Numbered from the stretch's first letter, positions 18,596 to 28,359 are shown. The stretch is 64,000 bases of DNA from Clostridia bacterium (GCA_017620205.1 JAFZQX010000003.1:3713-67712); one strand, 5' to 3'. The notes: generated by a model not told the origin, from the sequence alone. Program-made: numbers and translations.

Positions 18596-20255
18596 AACAG
18601 CTTCACTTTATTTAAGACTCAGCCGAGATGACAATTTGGAGGGTGAGAGCTACAGCATCAGCAATCAAAAGAAGCTTTTGACAAAAGTAGCAAAAGAAAA
18701 GGGATATACAAATCTGCTTATCTATATCGATGACGGAATTTCGAGCGTTACTATGAACCGTCCCGGATATACCGGCATGATTGAGGATTTTGAAAACAAT
18801 AAATCTTCGGCACTGTTTGTAAAGGATTTGTCGCGAATAGGCAGAAACTATATTGAAGTCGGAAAACTGACAGAGGAATTTCTGCCTGACCACGATATTC
18901 GTCTTGTTGCGGTTTCGGACGGTATTGACAGTCAGGAAGGCGAGAGCGAGTTCGCACCTATTAAAAACTTGTTTAACGAGTGGTACGCAAGAGATATCTC
19001 AAAAAAACGCCGAATAAGCAATAAGATAAAAGGCAATTCGGGCGAGCCGCTGAGCCTGCCGCCTTACGGATATATAAAAGATCCCGATGGGAAGGGATGG
19101 ATTATTGATGAGGAAGCAGCCGGCGTAGTCAGAAAAATCTTTGATATGAGTATGGAAGGTTACGGTACAAGTCAAATAGCAGACGTGCTTGAAGACAAAA
19201 AGATTTTAACGCCGATAGAATACTGTAAAAGCAGAGGAATTAAAAAACCGAGCAACAAACAGAAAGTAGGTCTTTACTGTTGGAATTCCTCTACAGTAAA
19301 CAAAATTCTCGGTACGCAAGAGTATTGCGGAGATATTATAAACTTTAAAACGTATTCAAAATCGTATAAGAACAAAAAGCGATATGCCAATAATCCCGAG
19401 AATATTGTTGTGTTTAAAGACGCTAATCCCGCTATAATTGAACGCGCGGTATTTGAAAAGATACAGAGCAAGAGGGGCAAAACGCGAAAACGAAAAACTG
19501 CGACAGGCGAAAAGAATATGTTTTCGGGACTTCTTGTGTGTGCCGACTGCGGCAGCAATATGGGTTATCACTTTAATCAGGTAAATCACGAAATAACATA
19601 TTTCAACTGTACAGGTTATAATAAAGGTAAACGTAAAATCTGTAATTCAACGCATTATATAAGAACGGACTTTTTGGAACAAGTCGTATTAGGTGAAATT
19701 AAAAGGCTAACAAAGTTTGCTCAAAAGTATGAAGATGAGTTTGCGGAGCAGGTGATGGGCGCTACTATAAAAAATCTTGAAGAAGAAGTATCGCTGAAAG
19801 AGAAGGAACTTAATAAATTAAAAGCGAGAGATAAAGAAATTGATGTACTGTATGAAAAGATTTACGAAGACAATGCCCTCGGCAAGATAAATGATGATCG
19901 CTTTGCAAAATTATCATCCAAATACGATGAAGAACAAAAAGAAATAAGCGACAAAATTAAAGTCTTAACTGACGAAATATCCGAAAAGAAAAGCAAAACA
20001 GTAACGGCTGATATGTTTTTAGACGCGGTGCGTAAATATACAAGGATAAAGAAGCTGACGCCGCAGATTGTAAATGAGCTGATTGAGAAAATAGAGGTTT
20101 ATCAATCCGAAAAGATTGACGGCAAAACAGTTCAACGCCTAAGAATACATTATAACTGCATAGGTACAATGGAAATACCGAGATTAAAACAAATACCCGA
20201 TAATCAAGTAAAAATCCACACCAGACAAGGCGTGGACATAGAATATTATGCATAA
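18573..20255 (+). CDS. large serine recombinase (resolvase/invertase N-domain + recombinase + zinc ribbon + coiled coil)
   Basis: SLYLRLSRDD catalytic motif with the nucleophile Ser. 560 aa, with the Cys-rich zinc ribbon and coiled coil of large serine recombinases. Confidence 0.85.
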   Translation: MKSKTRDKTASLYLRLSRDDNLEGESYSISNQKKLLTKVAKEKGYTNLLIYIDDGISSVTMNRPGYTGMIEDFENNKSSALFVKDLSRIGRNYIEVGKLTEEFLPDHDIRLVAVSDGIDSQEGESEFAPIKNLFNEWYARDISKKRRISNKIKGNSGEPLSLPPYGYIKDPDGKGWIIDEEAAGVVRKIFDMSMEGYGTSQIADVLEDKKILTPIEYCKSRGIKKPSNKQKVGLYCWNSSTVNKILGTQEYCGDIINFKTYSKSYKNKKRYANNPENIVVFKDANPAIIERAVFEKIQSKRGKTRKRKTATGEKNMFSGLLVCADCGSNMGYHFNQVNHEITYFNCTGYNKGKRKICNSTHYIRTDFLEQVVLGEIKRLTKFAQKYEDEFAEQVMGATIKNLEEEVSLKEKELNKLKARDKEIDVLYEKIYEDNALGKINDDRFAKLSSKYDEEQKEISDKIKVLTDEISEKKSKTVTADMFLDAVRKYTRIKKLTPQIVNELIEKIEVYQSEKIDGKTVQRLRIHYNCIGTMEIPRLKQIPDNQVKIHTRQGVDIEYYA

Positions 20256-20265
20256 AAACGAAAAT

Positions 20266-20295
20266 GGTCTTATAGGACTCAGATCCTATAAGACC
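20266..20295. terminator. perfect 12-6-12 palindrome GGTCTTATAGGA-ctcaga-TCCTATAAGACC (terminator of tRNA-Leu; possible recombinase site)
   Basis: Followed on the minus strand by ATTTTCGTTTTT. Confidence 0.6.
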
Positions 20296-20303
20296 ACCCG
20301 TAA

Positions 20304-20387
20304 TGGTGCGAGTGACGGGACTTGAACCCGTACGCCATAAGCACACGCCCCTCAAACGTGCCTGTCTGCCAGTTCCAGCACACTCGC
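20304..20387 (-). tRNA. tRNA-Leu (anticodon GAG), class II
   Basis: 7-bp acceptor stem GCGAGTG/CACTCGC, discriminator A and CCA. 3-bp D stem with an 11-nt D loop (AACTGGCAGA). Anticodon loop TTGAGGG. 12-nt variable arm. T arm with GGTTCAAGTCC. Confidence 0.8.
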
Positions 20388-20410
20388 ATAAATTATTAAC
20401 AACAGATGAT

Positions 20411-20439
20411 ATTATAACAAATAGAAATGTACTTGTCAA
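20411..20439 (-). promoter_or_regulatory. sigma-A promoter for tRNA-Leu (TTGACA-17-TATAAT)
   Basis: Perfect consensus on the minus strand, about 25 nt upstream of the tRNA 5' end. Confidence 0.75.
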
Positions 20440-20460
20440 TAGGTTTTGCAAAAAAAGTTA

Positions 20461-21183
20461 TCAATAAATCACAAATCCGCCGTTTGGGCTTAAAACTTGC
20501 CCTGTATAGAATTTGTTTTCCGCAAGAAACAACACGGTTTTGGCAACATCTTCGGGAGTTCCGAATCTGCATGCAGGAGTATTATCGATTAATTCGTTTT
20601 TTTCTTCCTCTGAAATATCAAACATCATATCTGTCTCTATTATTCCCGGCGCTATTGCATTTACAGTTATGCCGGAGGGTCCAAGCTCTTTTGCGAGAGC
20701 TTTTGTAAAGCCTAAAAGTGCTGCTTTTGAAGCTGAATAATGAACTTCGCACGAGCCGCCGACGATGCCCCACATAGAGGAAATATTAATAATCGCGCCG
20801 CTTTTTTCGTGCAGCATATATGGGAGTGCGGCCTGAGAGGCAAAAAATGCGCCCGTAAAGTTTATATTCATCATGTTTTGCAAATCATCTTCGGTAATAT
20901 CGGAAAACAGCTTCTGCTCGGCAATTCCTGCGTTATTTACAAGCAAGTCAATGCCGCCGAAGCGATCTGCCGCAGAATTTATCATTTCAAACACTTCTTT
21001 TTTTTGGGAAATGTCTGCTTTGTAAAGCATATGCGGCGCAGAGCCGAGTTCATTTGAAAGCGACTTTGCTTCGTCTTCCGACCTGTTGTAGTTTATTAAA
21101 ACATTATATCCGTTTTTTGAAAGGAGAAGCGCACACGCTCTGCCTATCCCGCGCGATGCGCCTGTTATAATCGCTGTTTTCAA
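20461..21183 (-). CDS. SDR family oxidoreductase (3-oxoacyl-ACP reductase FabG-like)
   Basis: TGASRGIG cofactor-binding motif and the SDR fold. Confidence 0.8.
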   Translation of the reverse strand: MKTAIITGASRGIGRACALLLSKNGYNVLINYNRSEDEAKSLSNELGSAPHMLYKADISQKKEVFEMINSAADRFGGIDLLVNNAGIAEQKLFSDITEDDLQNMMNINFTGAFFASQAALPYMLHEKSGAIINISSMWGIVGGSCEVHYSASKAALLGFTKALAKELGPSGITVNAIAPGIIETDMMFDISEEEKNELIDNTPACRFGTPEDVAKTVLFLAENKFYTGQVLSPNGGFVIY

Positions 21184-21184
21184 A

Positions 21185-22846
21185 TCAAACCATGCCTTTC
21201 GTGTTCAGCATATCCAAAGCAGCTGAACGTGCGTTTTCCGTTATTTCATTGCCGCTTATCATTCGTGCTATTTCGTCAACTCTTCCGTCTTTGTCAAGGA
21301 GATTTACAGAAGTTTTTACATCACTGCCGTTTGTGCTTTTTTCTATTAAGTAGTGGTTATCTCCCTGAGACGCAATCTGAGGGAGATGCGTTATTGATAT
21401 AACTTGCTTTTCTCTGCCGAGCTCGTGCATTTTTTCTCCGATTTTTTGTGCGGCGCGTCCTGAAACGCCTGCGTCAATTTCATCAAAAATAAGCGTCTGC
21501 ACTTCATCGGCATCGGATAAAACAGTTTTTATCGCAAGACAAATGCGTGACATTTCACCGCCGGACGCTATGTTTTGAAGCGGCTTTGGGGGCTGTGACG
21601 GATTTGTTGAAACAAGAAATTCTATTGTGTCTCTGCCGGAGAGCGTGTATTCACCGGTTTCGTGTTTTACATCAAATATAACGTTTTTCATATCTAGCTC
21701 TGCTAAAGCCGAACAAGTGTTTTGGGATAGTTTGTCAGAAGCTTCTTTTCTGCTTTGTGTAAGCTTTTCTGCAACTTTATCGAGGCTTTCGGAAAGCGTT
21801 TCTATGCTTTTTTCAAGCTCTTTTTCTCTTTTATCGGAAAACTCTATTTCATCTGCTTCGTTCCTGCAGTTTTCCGCATACTGAAGTATTTCCGGAATTG
21901 TGTTTCCGTATTTTGATTTGAGCTTATAAATTGTTTCAAGTCTTTCTTCAACCGCTGAAAGCTCAGATGGATCAAAATCAAGTCCTTCAGCGTAAGAGGA
22001 CAGTGAGTGAGCAGCGTCTTCAACTTTAAAAAGCGCGTCATTTATAGCGTCGGAAATGGGAGAGAGCGCGTTGTCAAGGCCTGCGGCATTGTTCACTAAA
22101 GAAGCTGCAGCGCTTAAAGCTTCATATGCCGTTTGCTCACCGCCATAAAGCGCGGAATAAGCAGACGATGTACTTTCGCGCAGCTTTTCGCCCGAACGCA
22201 TGATTTTGCGTTTCTGTTCAAGCTCTTCGTCCTCGCCTTCGGCAAGCGCGGCACCGTCTATTTCATCTATCCAGAATTTAAGTATATCAAGCCTTTTGAG
22301 CTTTTCTGACTTTTTTTCTTTTATATTATCCAGTTCTTCTTTTGCTTTTTTTAGATCTTCAAAAACACTTTTGTATTCGGAAAGAACGGCTTGGTTTTTG
22401 GCAAGAGAATCTACAAATGTTATATGGCTGCTCTGCGACAAGAGCTTTTGTCCGTCATGCTGACCGTGAATGTTTATAAGATAGGGTGCGGCGGATTTAA
22501 GCCCGGCAACGGTTGAAAGCATGCCGTTTATTTTGCATACGTTTCTGCCGTCTTCGTGAAGCTCGCGGCTGATGAGAAGCTCGTTTCCTTCAAAGTCGCC
22601 TAAAATCGCTTCAAGTCTTGACTTTTCGGTATCTGTCAGAGTGAAAACAGCCTCAACCAAAGCCTTTTTTTCTCCAAAACGGATAAGATCACGGCTTCCG
22701 CGTTCACCGAGAGCCATATTGAGGGAATCGATAATAAGCGATTTTCCTGCGCCCGTTTCTCCCGTAAATACACTGAAACCACGTTTAAACGAAATCTCCG
22801 CGTGGGATATTACGGCTATATTTGTAATATTGAGCTGTGTTAGCAT
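21185..22846 (-). CDS. recN: DNA repair protein RecN
   Basis: Walker A GETGAGKS, a long coiled-coil middle region and a C-terminal signature. Confidence 0.9.
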   Translation of the reverse strand: MLTQLNITNIAVISHAEISFKRGFSVFTGETGAGKSLIIDSLNMALGERGSRDLIRFGEKKALVEAVFTLTDTEKSRLEAILGDFEGNELLISRELHEDGRNVCKINGMLSTVAGLKSAAPYLINIHGQHDGQKLLSQSSHITFVDSLAKNQAVLSEYKSVFEDLKKAKEELDNIKEKKSEKLKRLDILKFWIDEIDGAALAEGEDEELEQKRKIMRSGEKLRESTSSAYSALYGGEQTAYEALSAAASLVNNAAGLDNALSPISDAINDALFKVEDAAHSLSSYAEGLDFDPSELSAVEERLETIYKLKSKYGNTIPEILQYAENCRNEADEIEFSDKREKELEKSIETLSESLDKVAEKLTQSRKEASDKLSQNTCSALAELDMKNVIFDVKHETGEYTLSGRDTIEFLVSTNPSQPPKPLQNIASGGEMSRICLAIKTVLSDADEVQTLIFDEIDAGVSGRAAQKIGEKMHELGREKQVISITHLPQIASQGDNHYLIEKSTNGSDVKTSVNLLDKDGRVDEIARMISGNEITENARSAALDMLNTKGMV

Positions 22847-22870
22847 GTTAAACCACCAATCCCCGGGAAG

Positions 22871-23320
22871 TTAAATGAGTTCTTTCAGGCTTTCCGCCAA
22901 AACCTTTGCTTCTTTTTCGCTTTTTGTAACGACAAGCACGGTGTCATCGCCTGCTATTGTACCTAATACCTCAGGACGTTCCATTCCTTCTATTGTGATA
23001 GCGGCGGCTTGCGCCATGCCCGATAAAGTTTTTATAATTATCTGATTTAAAGCGCTGTCGATATTTACTACTGAATTTGAAAAAATAGTTTTAATTCTCG
23101 CGCCGCCTTTAATGGGGCTTATATCTGTTCCCTGAGTATAGCGGTATCTTCCGTCGCCTGTCTGGCGTTTCATTATCTGCAAATCTTTAATATCTCTTGA
23201 AACGGTAGCCTGTGTAACTTTAAAGCCGAGAGCGTTGAGTTCATCCGTGAGCTCTTTTTGCGTTTCAATTATTTTGGAACTGATAAGAGATAAAATTGTG
23301 TTGTGTCTTTTTTGTTTCAT
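22871..23320 (-). CDS. argR: arginine repressor ArgR/AhrC
   Basis: N-terminal winged HTH. recN-argR-nadK synteny. Confidence 0.8.
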   Translation of the reverse strand: MKQKRHNTILSLISSKIIETQKELTDELNALGFKVTQATVSRDIKDLQIMKRQTGDGRYRYTQGTDISPIKGGARIKTIFSNSVVNIDSALNQIIIKTLSGMAQAAAITIEGMERPEVLGTIAGDDTVLVVTKSEKEAKVLAESLKELI

Positions 23321-23333
23321 AACTTGTCTCCGA

Positions 23334-24176
23334 TTATTGTAGTTTTTTTTGCAGCAGTTCATAAAAGCCGCTGCTGCCAAGCTTTATTAACTGAGTGTAA
23401 TGCTTTGATTTTTTTATTGTTACTGTTTCGCCGCAGCAAAGGGGACAGCCGTTTTTGCCGTCTGCCGTTACTGCGTTGTCATTATGATCGTCAAAGGCTT
23501 TTGTCAGGGTTACGGTTTTGTCCGGCGGTACAACTATCGGACGTGCATGAAGCATGTGCGGACAAATTGGCGTAATAAGCATTGCACATAGGTCAGGGTC
23601 AATTATCGGTCCGCCCGCCGAGAGGGAGTAGCCTGTTGAACCGGTGGGCGTTGAAATGATAACGCCGTCTGCGAGATAGTTGCCCAAAAACTCGTTTTCT
23701 ATGTGAATTTCTATGTTGCCGAGTCTAGCAAAGCGTGTTCTTGTCACTGTAATATCGTTTAAAGCCGTAAAAGACTCATGCGTTCCGTCAGAATGTGTTA
23801 CATCGGCTTCTATCATCATTCGTTTTTCGGTTTTACAGTTGCCGTCTTTAAGTTCTTTGAATCCCCACTCAAAAAAGTCTTCTTTCTCACAGCCGGTTAA
23901 AAAACCGAGTCTGCCCATATTTATTCCGAGAATGGGTTTGTTATTTTCAGCGGCTTTTAAAGCTGCTGAAAGCAGAGTGCCGTCGCCGCCGAGAGTTATT
24001 ACAATGTCGCAAAGCGTATACAGATCGGCTTCGCGTACAAATTGAACGTTTTCAATACGGCCTTTTAAATCTTCGTGAGCATAAATACATGCAAACTCAG
24101 ACAGAATTTTGCAAAGATGGCGGGTGTTTTTTAAACCGTCGTCTGAAGCAGAGTTTGGTATTACTGAAATTTTCAT
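23334..24176 (-). CDS. nadK: NAD+ kinase
   Basis: GGDGT motif and the NADK family. Confidence 0.9.
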   Translation of the reverse strand: MKISVIPNSASDDGLKNTRHLCKILSEFACIYAHEDLKGRIENVQFVREADLYTLCDIVITLGGDGTLLSAALKAAENNKPILGINMGRLGFLTGCEKEDFFEWGFKELKDGNCKTEKRMMIEADVTHSDGTHESFTALNDITVTRTRFARLGNIEIHIENEFLGNYLADGVIISTPTGSTGYSLSAGGPIIDPDLCAMLITPICPHMLHARPIVVPPDKTVTLTKAFDDHNDNAVTADGKNGCPLCCGETVTIKKSKHYTQLIKLGSSGFYELLQKKLQ

Positions 24177-24198
24177 AATAATTATCCTTTCGGAAATA

Positions 24199-25632
24199 CT
24201 AGCGGTTTAAATAGTATGATATAAGACCCCTGACTATAGGTCCGCATGTCGCACCGCCCGAAGTGCCCGCGTTTTCAACCATAACACAAACGGCAATTTC
24301 GGGGTCTTCCGCAGGAGCAAAAGCTATAAACCAGGCATGAGAAGCGCCTGTGTTTTCTGCTGTTCCCGTTTTGCCTGCAACTTTTATTCCGGATATGGCG
24401 GCTGAAGTACCGGTGCCGGAATTTACGCAGCCTATCATAAGATCTTTGATTCTTTCTGCGGTCGATTTTGAAACGGCGTTAGAAAGGACTTCGGGCTCGT
24501 TGTAGTATACGTTGCGCCCGTCGGAAAGGTCTGCGCTTTCGACAAGATAAGGGCGCATCATCACACCGTCGTTTGCAATTGCCGCGGCAACAAGCGCCAT
24601 GTTTAGCGGCGTAACCTGCGTATCGCCCTGTCCTATTCCGACGGCAGCCACGTTTGTTCTTTCCGAATCCTTCAGACAGCTTGTGTCTGCGGTGGGAAAG
24701 TCATAGTTTATGTCTTTGCCTATCATAAATTTATGTGCTGCCGAAAGCATTTTATCATAACCGAGCTCGTCCGCAAGAGACAGAAATACTACATTGCTTG
24801 AGCGTGCAAACGCTTCTTTTATATCTGTATTTCCGGGACCTTTCTCGTTTGAATTGTGGAACGTGTGTCCGTGTATCGTTACAGAACCGTTATCTACAAA
24901 CGTCTTGTCGGCTATACCGTTTTCGATAGCCGCCGACGCAGTAATTGTTTTAAAAACGGAACCCGGTTCATAAAGACCGCTTGTTGCGCGGGCAACGAAA
25001 ACGCTGTCAGATCTTGAGGATAGTTCTGCCCATTTGCTTTCTGTAAGATTATATGTGCTCGGGTCAAAATCGGGTTTCGAAACAAGCGCGAGTGTTGCGC
25101 CTGTTTTGGGATTTAAAGCTACTATTGACCCGTTTCTATCGCCTAAAAGTGAGTATGCTTTTTCCTGAAAATCATGGTCTATCGTTAAAGTTATGTCGGC
25201 GCCTTCTTTATATTCTTCTCCGGTTATAAGCTGCCTTAAATCAAAAACCTTGTTTGAAATGCCGGTGCCGGAAAGATAAGGGTTAAAAGATTTTTCAAGC
25301 TTGCTTTTGTCAAACTTGTCATTGCAGTAGCCTATGACATGACAATAAATGTTTTCATAAGGATAATGCCTTATCTGTACCGTTGACCTGTCCTTCTTTG
25401 ATTCGCTGCCGTCTGATTCTTCAAATTCGCTGTATGCGAGTTTTTCACCGTCTGCGGAATAAATGGTCCCGCGTTTTATACGTTTTGCCGCTTCAATTAT
25501 TCTGGGGTTTTTGTCGGATACGGCAAGCGCGGGCGCTTTGAATATCTGAAACCAGGTAAGATATGCCACAAGAGAGAGCATAAGCAGTGTGAGTATAATC
25601 AGCGCGTGAATAATCTTTTTGTTATATGACAT
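24199..25632 (-). CDS. penicillin-binding protein 2 / transpeptidase (PbpA-like)
   Basis: N-terminal TM anchor and SxxK/SxN/KTG transpeptidase motifs. Start at the internal ATG (MSYNKK). Confidence 0.8.
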   Translation of the reverse strand: MSYNKKIIHALIILTLLMLSLVAYLTWFQIFKAPALAVSDKNPRIIEAAKRIKRGTIYSADGEKLAYSEFEESDGSESKKDRSTVQIRHYPYENIYCHVIGYCNDKFDKSKLEKSFNPYLSGTGISNKVFDLRQLITGEEYKEGADITLTIDHDFQEKAYSLLGDRNGSIVALNPKTGATLALVSKPDFDPSTYNLTESKWAELSSRSDSVFVARATSGLYEPGSVFKTITASAAIENGIADKTFVDNGSVTIHGHTFHNSNEKGPGNTDIKEAFARSSNVVFLSLADELGYDKMLSAAHKFMIGKDINYDFPTADTSCLKDSERTNVAAVGIGQGDTQVTPLNMALVAAAIANDGVMMRPYLVESADLSDGRNVYYNEPEVLSNAVSKSTAERIKDLMIGCVNSGTGTSAAISGIKVAGKTGTAENTGASHAWFIAFAPAEDPEIAVCVMVENAGTSGGATCGPIVRGLISYYLNR

Positions 25633-26887
25633 CCGAGAGCTCTCCTTCCTTGCTTGATATTGCCTGAAGAATAGCCAGAGATACAAAGCAGGAGGCGAGA
25701 GATGAGCCGCCTGCGCTGATAAACGGAAGCGTAATACCTGTCATGGGAATAAACTTTATTACGCCGCCTATTATTATAAACGTCTGATAGCAAAACATCG
25801 CTGATATGCCGAGAGATACTGCTTTGTTAAACGGTCTTGTGGCTCTTAATGATATTCTTATACCGCGATATACAAAAAGCATAAAAAGCATAATAACCGC
25901 AACGCCGCCGACCATGCCGAATTCTTCGCAGATTGCGGCAAATATAAAATCGTTTTTAACGAGAGGTATATATCTTGGACTGCCGAGAGTAAGACCTGTG
26001 CCGGTAATGCCGCCTGAAGCCATAGCGTAAAGAGTTTGAACTATCTGGCGGCTCTTGTCCGGATCGAAATAACCGAAGGGATCACGCCAGATTGCTATTC
26101 TTTCCTGAATATGCGACACTTTCATCATGCCTACATAAGCGCCGCCTGCAGCCAAAACGGCATTGATCGCAAGAAACTTAAACCCCTTGCCGAGAACGTA
26201 CTGCAGTGTAAAATATATAAGGAAGTATAAAAGCGCGCTGCCCCATTCTTTCTGAAGGAGGAGAAAACCTATATAAAGATATGCAACGCACATAATAACA
26301 AGCTGTCTTTTTTGAGAAATAGCGTCACGTCTTCTTGCTTTTTTCGTAGTTTTGATGTCATAGTTTGTATAAAGGCCGGAAAGTGCGAGAATGAAAAGGA
26401 TTTTTATTATTTCAGAAGGCTGTATTGTTATGGGTCCGAGATCTATCCAGTTCTTGGCGCCGTATACTTCACTGCCGAACGCTTTAGTTACAACAAACAG
26501 AAAAACCGAAAGTGCAATGTAAATTCTGACTATTCTGGGGTCGTTCCATATACTCAAACGTCTGTAAACAGTGTAGACAACAAAAAAACCTACCATTCCA
26601 ACATAGAAGAACATAACCTGATTATGCGCCGCAGTTTCGTCGAGCCTTAAAAGAGAAATAATACCTATTGCAAAAATCATTGAAACGATGAGGAAAAGGT
26701 ACTCATCGCCGAAAGAGGCAAAAAGAATCAGTGAATACGAGGCAAGGATAAGCACCAAAAGCGCCGCCATATTCTGAAGCGCCGCTGTGTCAAAGCCGTC
26801 GTTTGATACATATAAAATACCAAAACCTATTAAACTGACAATCAGTACAATAATAAGAGGCACGAGCCTCCCGAATTTTCTTATCAT
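25622..26887 (-). CDS. rodA: FtsW/RodA/SpoVE family peptidoglycan glycosyltransferase
   Basis: Polytopic membrane protein of the SEDS family. Confidence 0.85.
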   Translation of the reverse strand: MIRKFGRLVPLIIVLIVSLIGFGILYVSNDGFDTAALQNMAALLVLILASYSLILFASFGDEYLFLIVSMIFAIGIISLLRLDETAAHNQVMFFYVGMVGFFVVYTVYRRLSIWNDPRIVRIYIALSVFLFVVTKAFGSEVYGAKNWIDLGPITIQPSEIIKILFILALSGLYTNYDIKTTKKARRRDAISQKRQLVIMCVAYLYIGFLLLQKEWGSALLYFLIYFTLQYVLGKGFKFLAINAVLAAGGAYVGMMKVSHIQERIAIWRDPFGYFDPDKSRQIVQTLYAMASGGITGTGLTLGSPRYIPLVKNDFIFAAICEEFGMVGGVAVIMLFMLFVYRGIRISLRATRPFNKAVSLGISAMFCYQTFIIIGGVIKFIPMTGITLPFISAGGSSLASCFVSLAILQAISSKEGELSDVI

Positions 26888-26902
26888 ATCAAAAATCCCT
26901 GC

Positions 26903-27421
26903 TTATTTCTTTTCGCTTTTGTCCGTAATATAGATAAACGAGAGTTGTCCGAAACTTATTTTGTCGCCGTTTATAAGCTCTATGGGGTCGCCGCGAAGAG
27001 GCGTTCCGTTTAGAGTTGTTCCGTTGGTGCTGTTTAAATCATGAATGTAGCAAGCATCCTCACGGCATAGGATTTCGGCATGAACGCTTGAGAGGAAGGG
27101 GTCGTCTATGCGTATCTCACAAGTTCTGTCACGGCCTATTTTCACATCAGCCGCAATCTCATAGCTTTCGCTTATGGGAAAATCAAGGCTGCTGCGTATG
27201 TTGAGCAGTTTGAGATAAGTACCTACATTTCCGGAAGATTTCTTTTTCATCATAACGGCAATATCGGAACTAACCATTTTTATTATACGTACTATAAAAA
27301 TATATATCAGTAAAACAAAAATAATAGAGAACAGTCTTGGAACGAGTGCCAATATACCTAAATCCTGAATAGAAATCACTCCTTTGCTTAAAAATCGTAA
27401 ATAACCCATGAGGGTATTCAT
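26903..27421 (-). CDS. FHA domain-containing membrane protein (FhaB-like)
   Basis: N-terminal TM segment and a C-terminal FHA domain. Confidence 0.75.
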   Translation of the reverse strand: MNTLMGYLRFLSKGVISIQDLGILALVPRLFSIIFVLLIYIFIVRIIKMVSSDIAVMMKKKSSGNVGTYLKLLNIRSSLDFPISESYEIAADVKIGRDRTCEIRIDDPFLSSVHAEILCREDACYIHDLNSTNGTTLNGTPLRGDPIELINGDKISFGQLSFIYITDKSEKK

Positions 27422-27558
27422 TCCATAACTATTATATTATAACTTAGTTTCAGTCAAATATCAATAGAAAAAGGGTATTTTTATTAAAGTTTTCACATTT
27501 TTATGCACGACGGCATATAATATGGTTGAGAACTGAAAAATCAGTAGGAGGAATTCAT

Positions 27559-28359
27559 ATGGCAGAAAATAATGAACGCCGCAGAGACGCGGTATGCATT
27601 GAGACAAAGCAGATATACGATTCCTGTAAATCAAAGGAATGCTTGGAAAACTTGAGAGTGTACTTAAGCGAAGCCGGTCAAAGCCTTGCAGACAACGCAA
27701 CGGGCGTTAAACTGCGGGATGCTGAAGTTATTTGGGTGTTTACCGATGTGGAACCCGTTGAGTTCAGCCCCGGCTTTTATACAGTTGATCTTAAATATTT
27801 CTTTAAAGTAACGCTTGATGTTTATTCAAATACAGGCGGTGTACGGCGCATTGCGGGACTTTCGGTGTTTGAGAAAAAAATAGTGCTTTTCGGTTCTGAA
27901 GGCAATGCAAAAATATTCACGTCAAAATTTCGCCGCGGCGAAGATGATATTCAGAATTGGAAGAAAACAAACCTCCCCGAAGCTGTTGTAGAAACTGTAA
28001 ATCCTGTGGTACTCTCGGCAAAGTTGGTTGACTGCACCTGCACGTCCCATTGCGACTGCTTCGATGTAGACCTGGCAAATATTCCTGAGTGCATTTGCCG
28101 CGTTTTTGATGAAGCTTTAATCAAGGGCGGAGACGGCAAGAGGGTTTATGCAACCCTGGGTATGTTTACTATTGTAAGGCTTGAAAGAGAAACACAGCTG
28201 CTTGTGCCCTCATACGATTTTTGTATTCCCGACAATGAGTGCGAGGGTGCCGTTGAAAGCGATCCGTGCGAGCTTTTTGAAAATCTCGGTTTTCCCGTTG
28301 ATGAATTTTTCCCGCCGGCCAAGTGCAGTTTTGAAAAAGCGGACGGCTGCTGCGAATAA
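27559..28359 (+). CDS. hypothetical protein, Cys-rich C-terminal half
   Basis: AGGAGG RBS plus ATG. No family recognised. Many CxC/CxxC pairs in the C-terminal half. Confidence 0.6.
   Translation: MAENNERRRDAVCIETKQIYDSCKSKECLENLRVYLSEAGQSLADNATGVKLRDAEVIWVFTDVEPVEFSPGFYTVDLKYFFKVTLDVYSNTGGVRRIAGLSVFEKKIVLFGSEGNAKIFTSKFRRGEDDIQNWKKTNLPEAVVETVNPVVLSAKLVDCTCTSHCDCFDVDLANIPECICRVFDEALIKGGDGKRVYATLGMFTIVRLERETQLLVPSYDFCIPDNECEGAVESDPCELFENLGFPVDEFFPPAKCSFEKADGCCE

Larger units (their letters stand above)
17569..20300. mobile_element. putative remnant or mini integrative element (TnpV-like + large serine recombinase) next to tRNA-Leu
   Basis: A recombinase gene, a TnpV-like gene and direct repeats sit between housekeeping genes and a tRNA. 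No cargo is apparent. The boundaries are inferred. Confidence 0.4.

Noticed and set aside
20266-20295. Perfect palindrome as the serine-recombinase attL/attR
   Set aside because: Hybrid att sites are not perfect palindromes. A T-rich tract follows on the minus strand, so it is primarily the tRNA terminator. The att role is left as a low-probability note.
20304-20387. tRNA-like sequence, first suspected to be a truncated att-site pseudogene
   Set aside because: It folds as a complete class II tRNA-Leu(GAG), with a 3-bp D stem, an 11-nt D loop and a 12-nt variable arm. It has its own promoter and terminator. Kept as a real tRNA.
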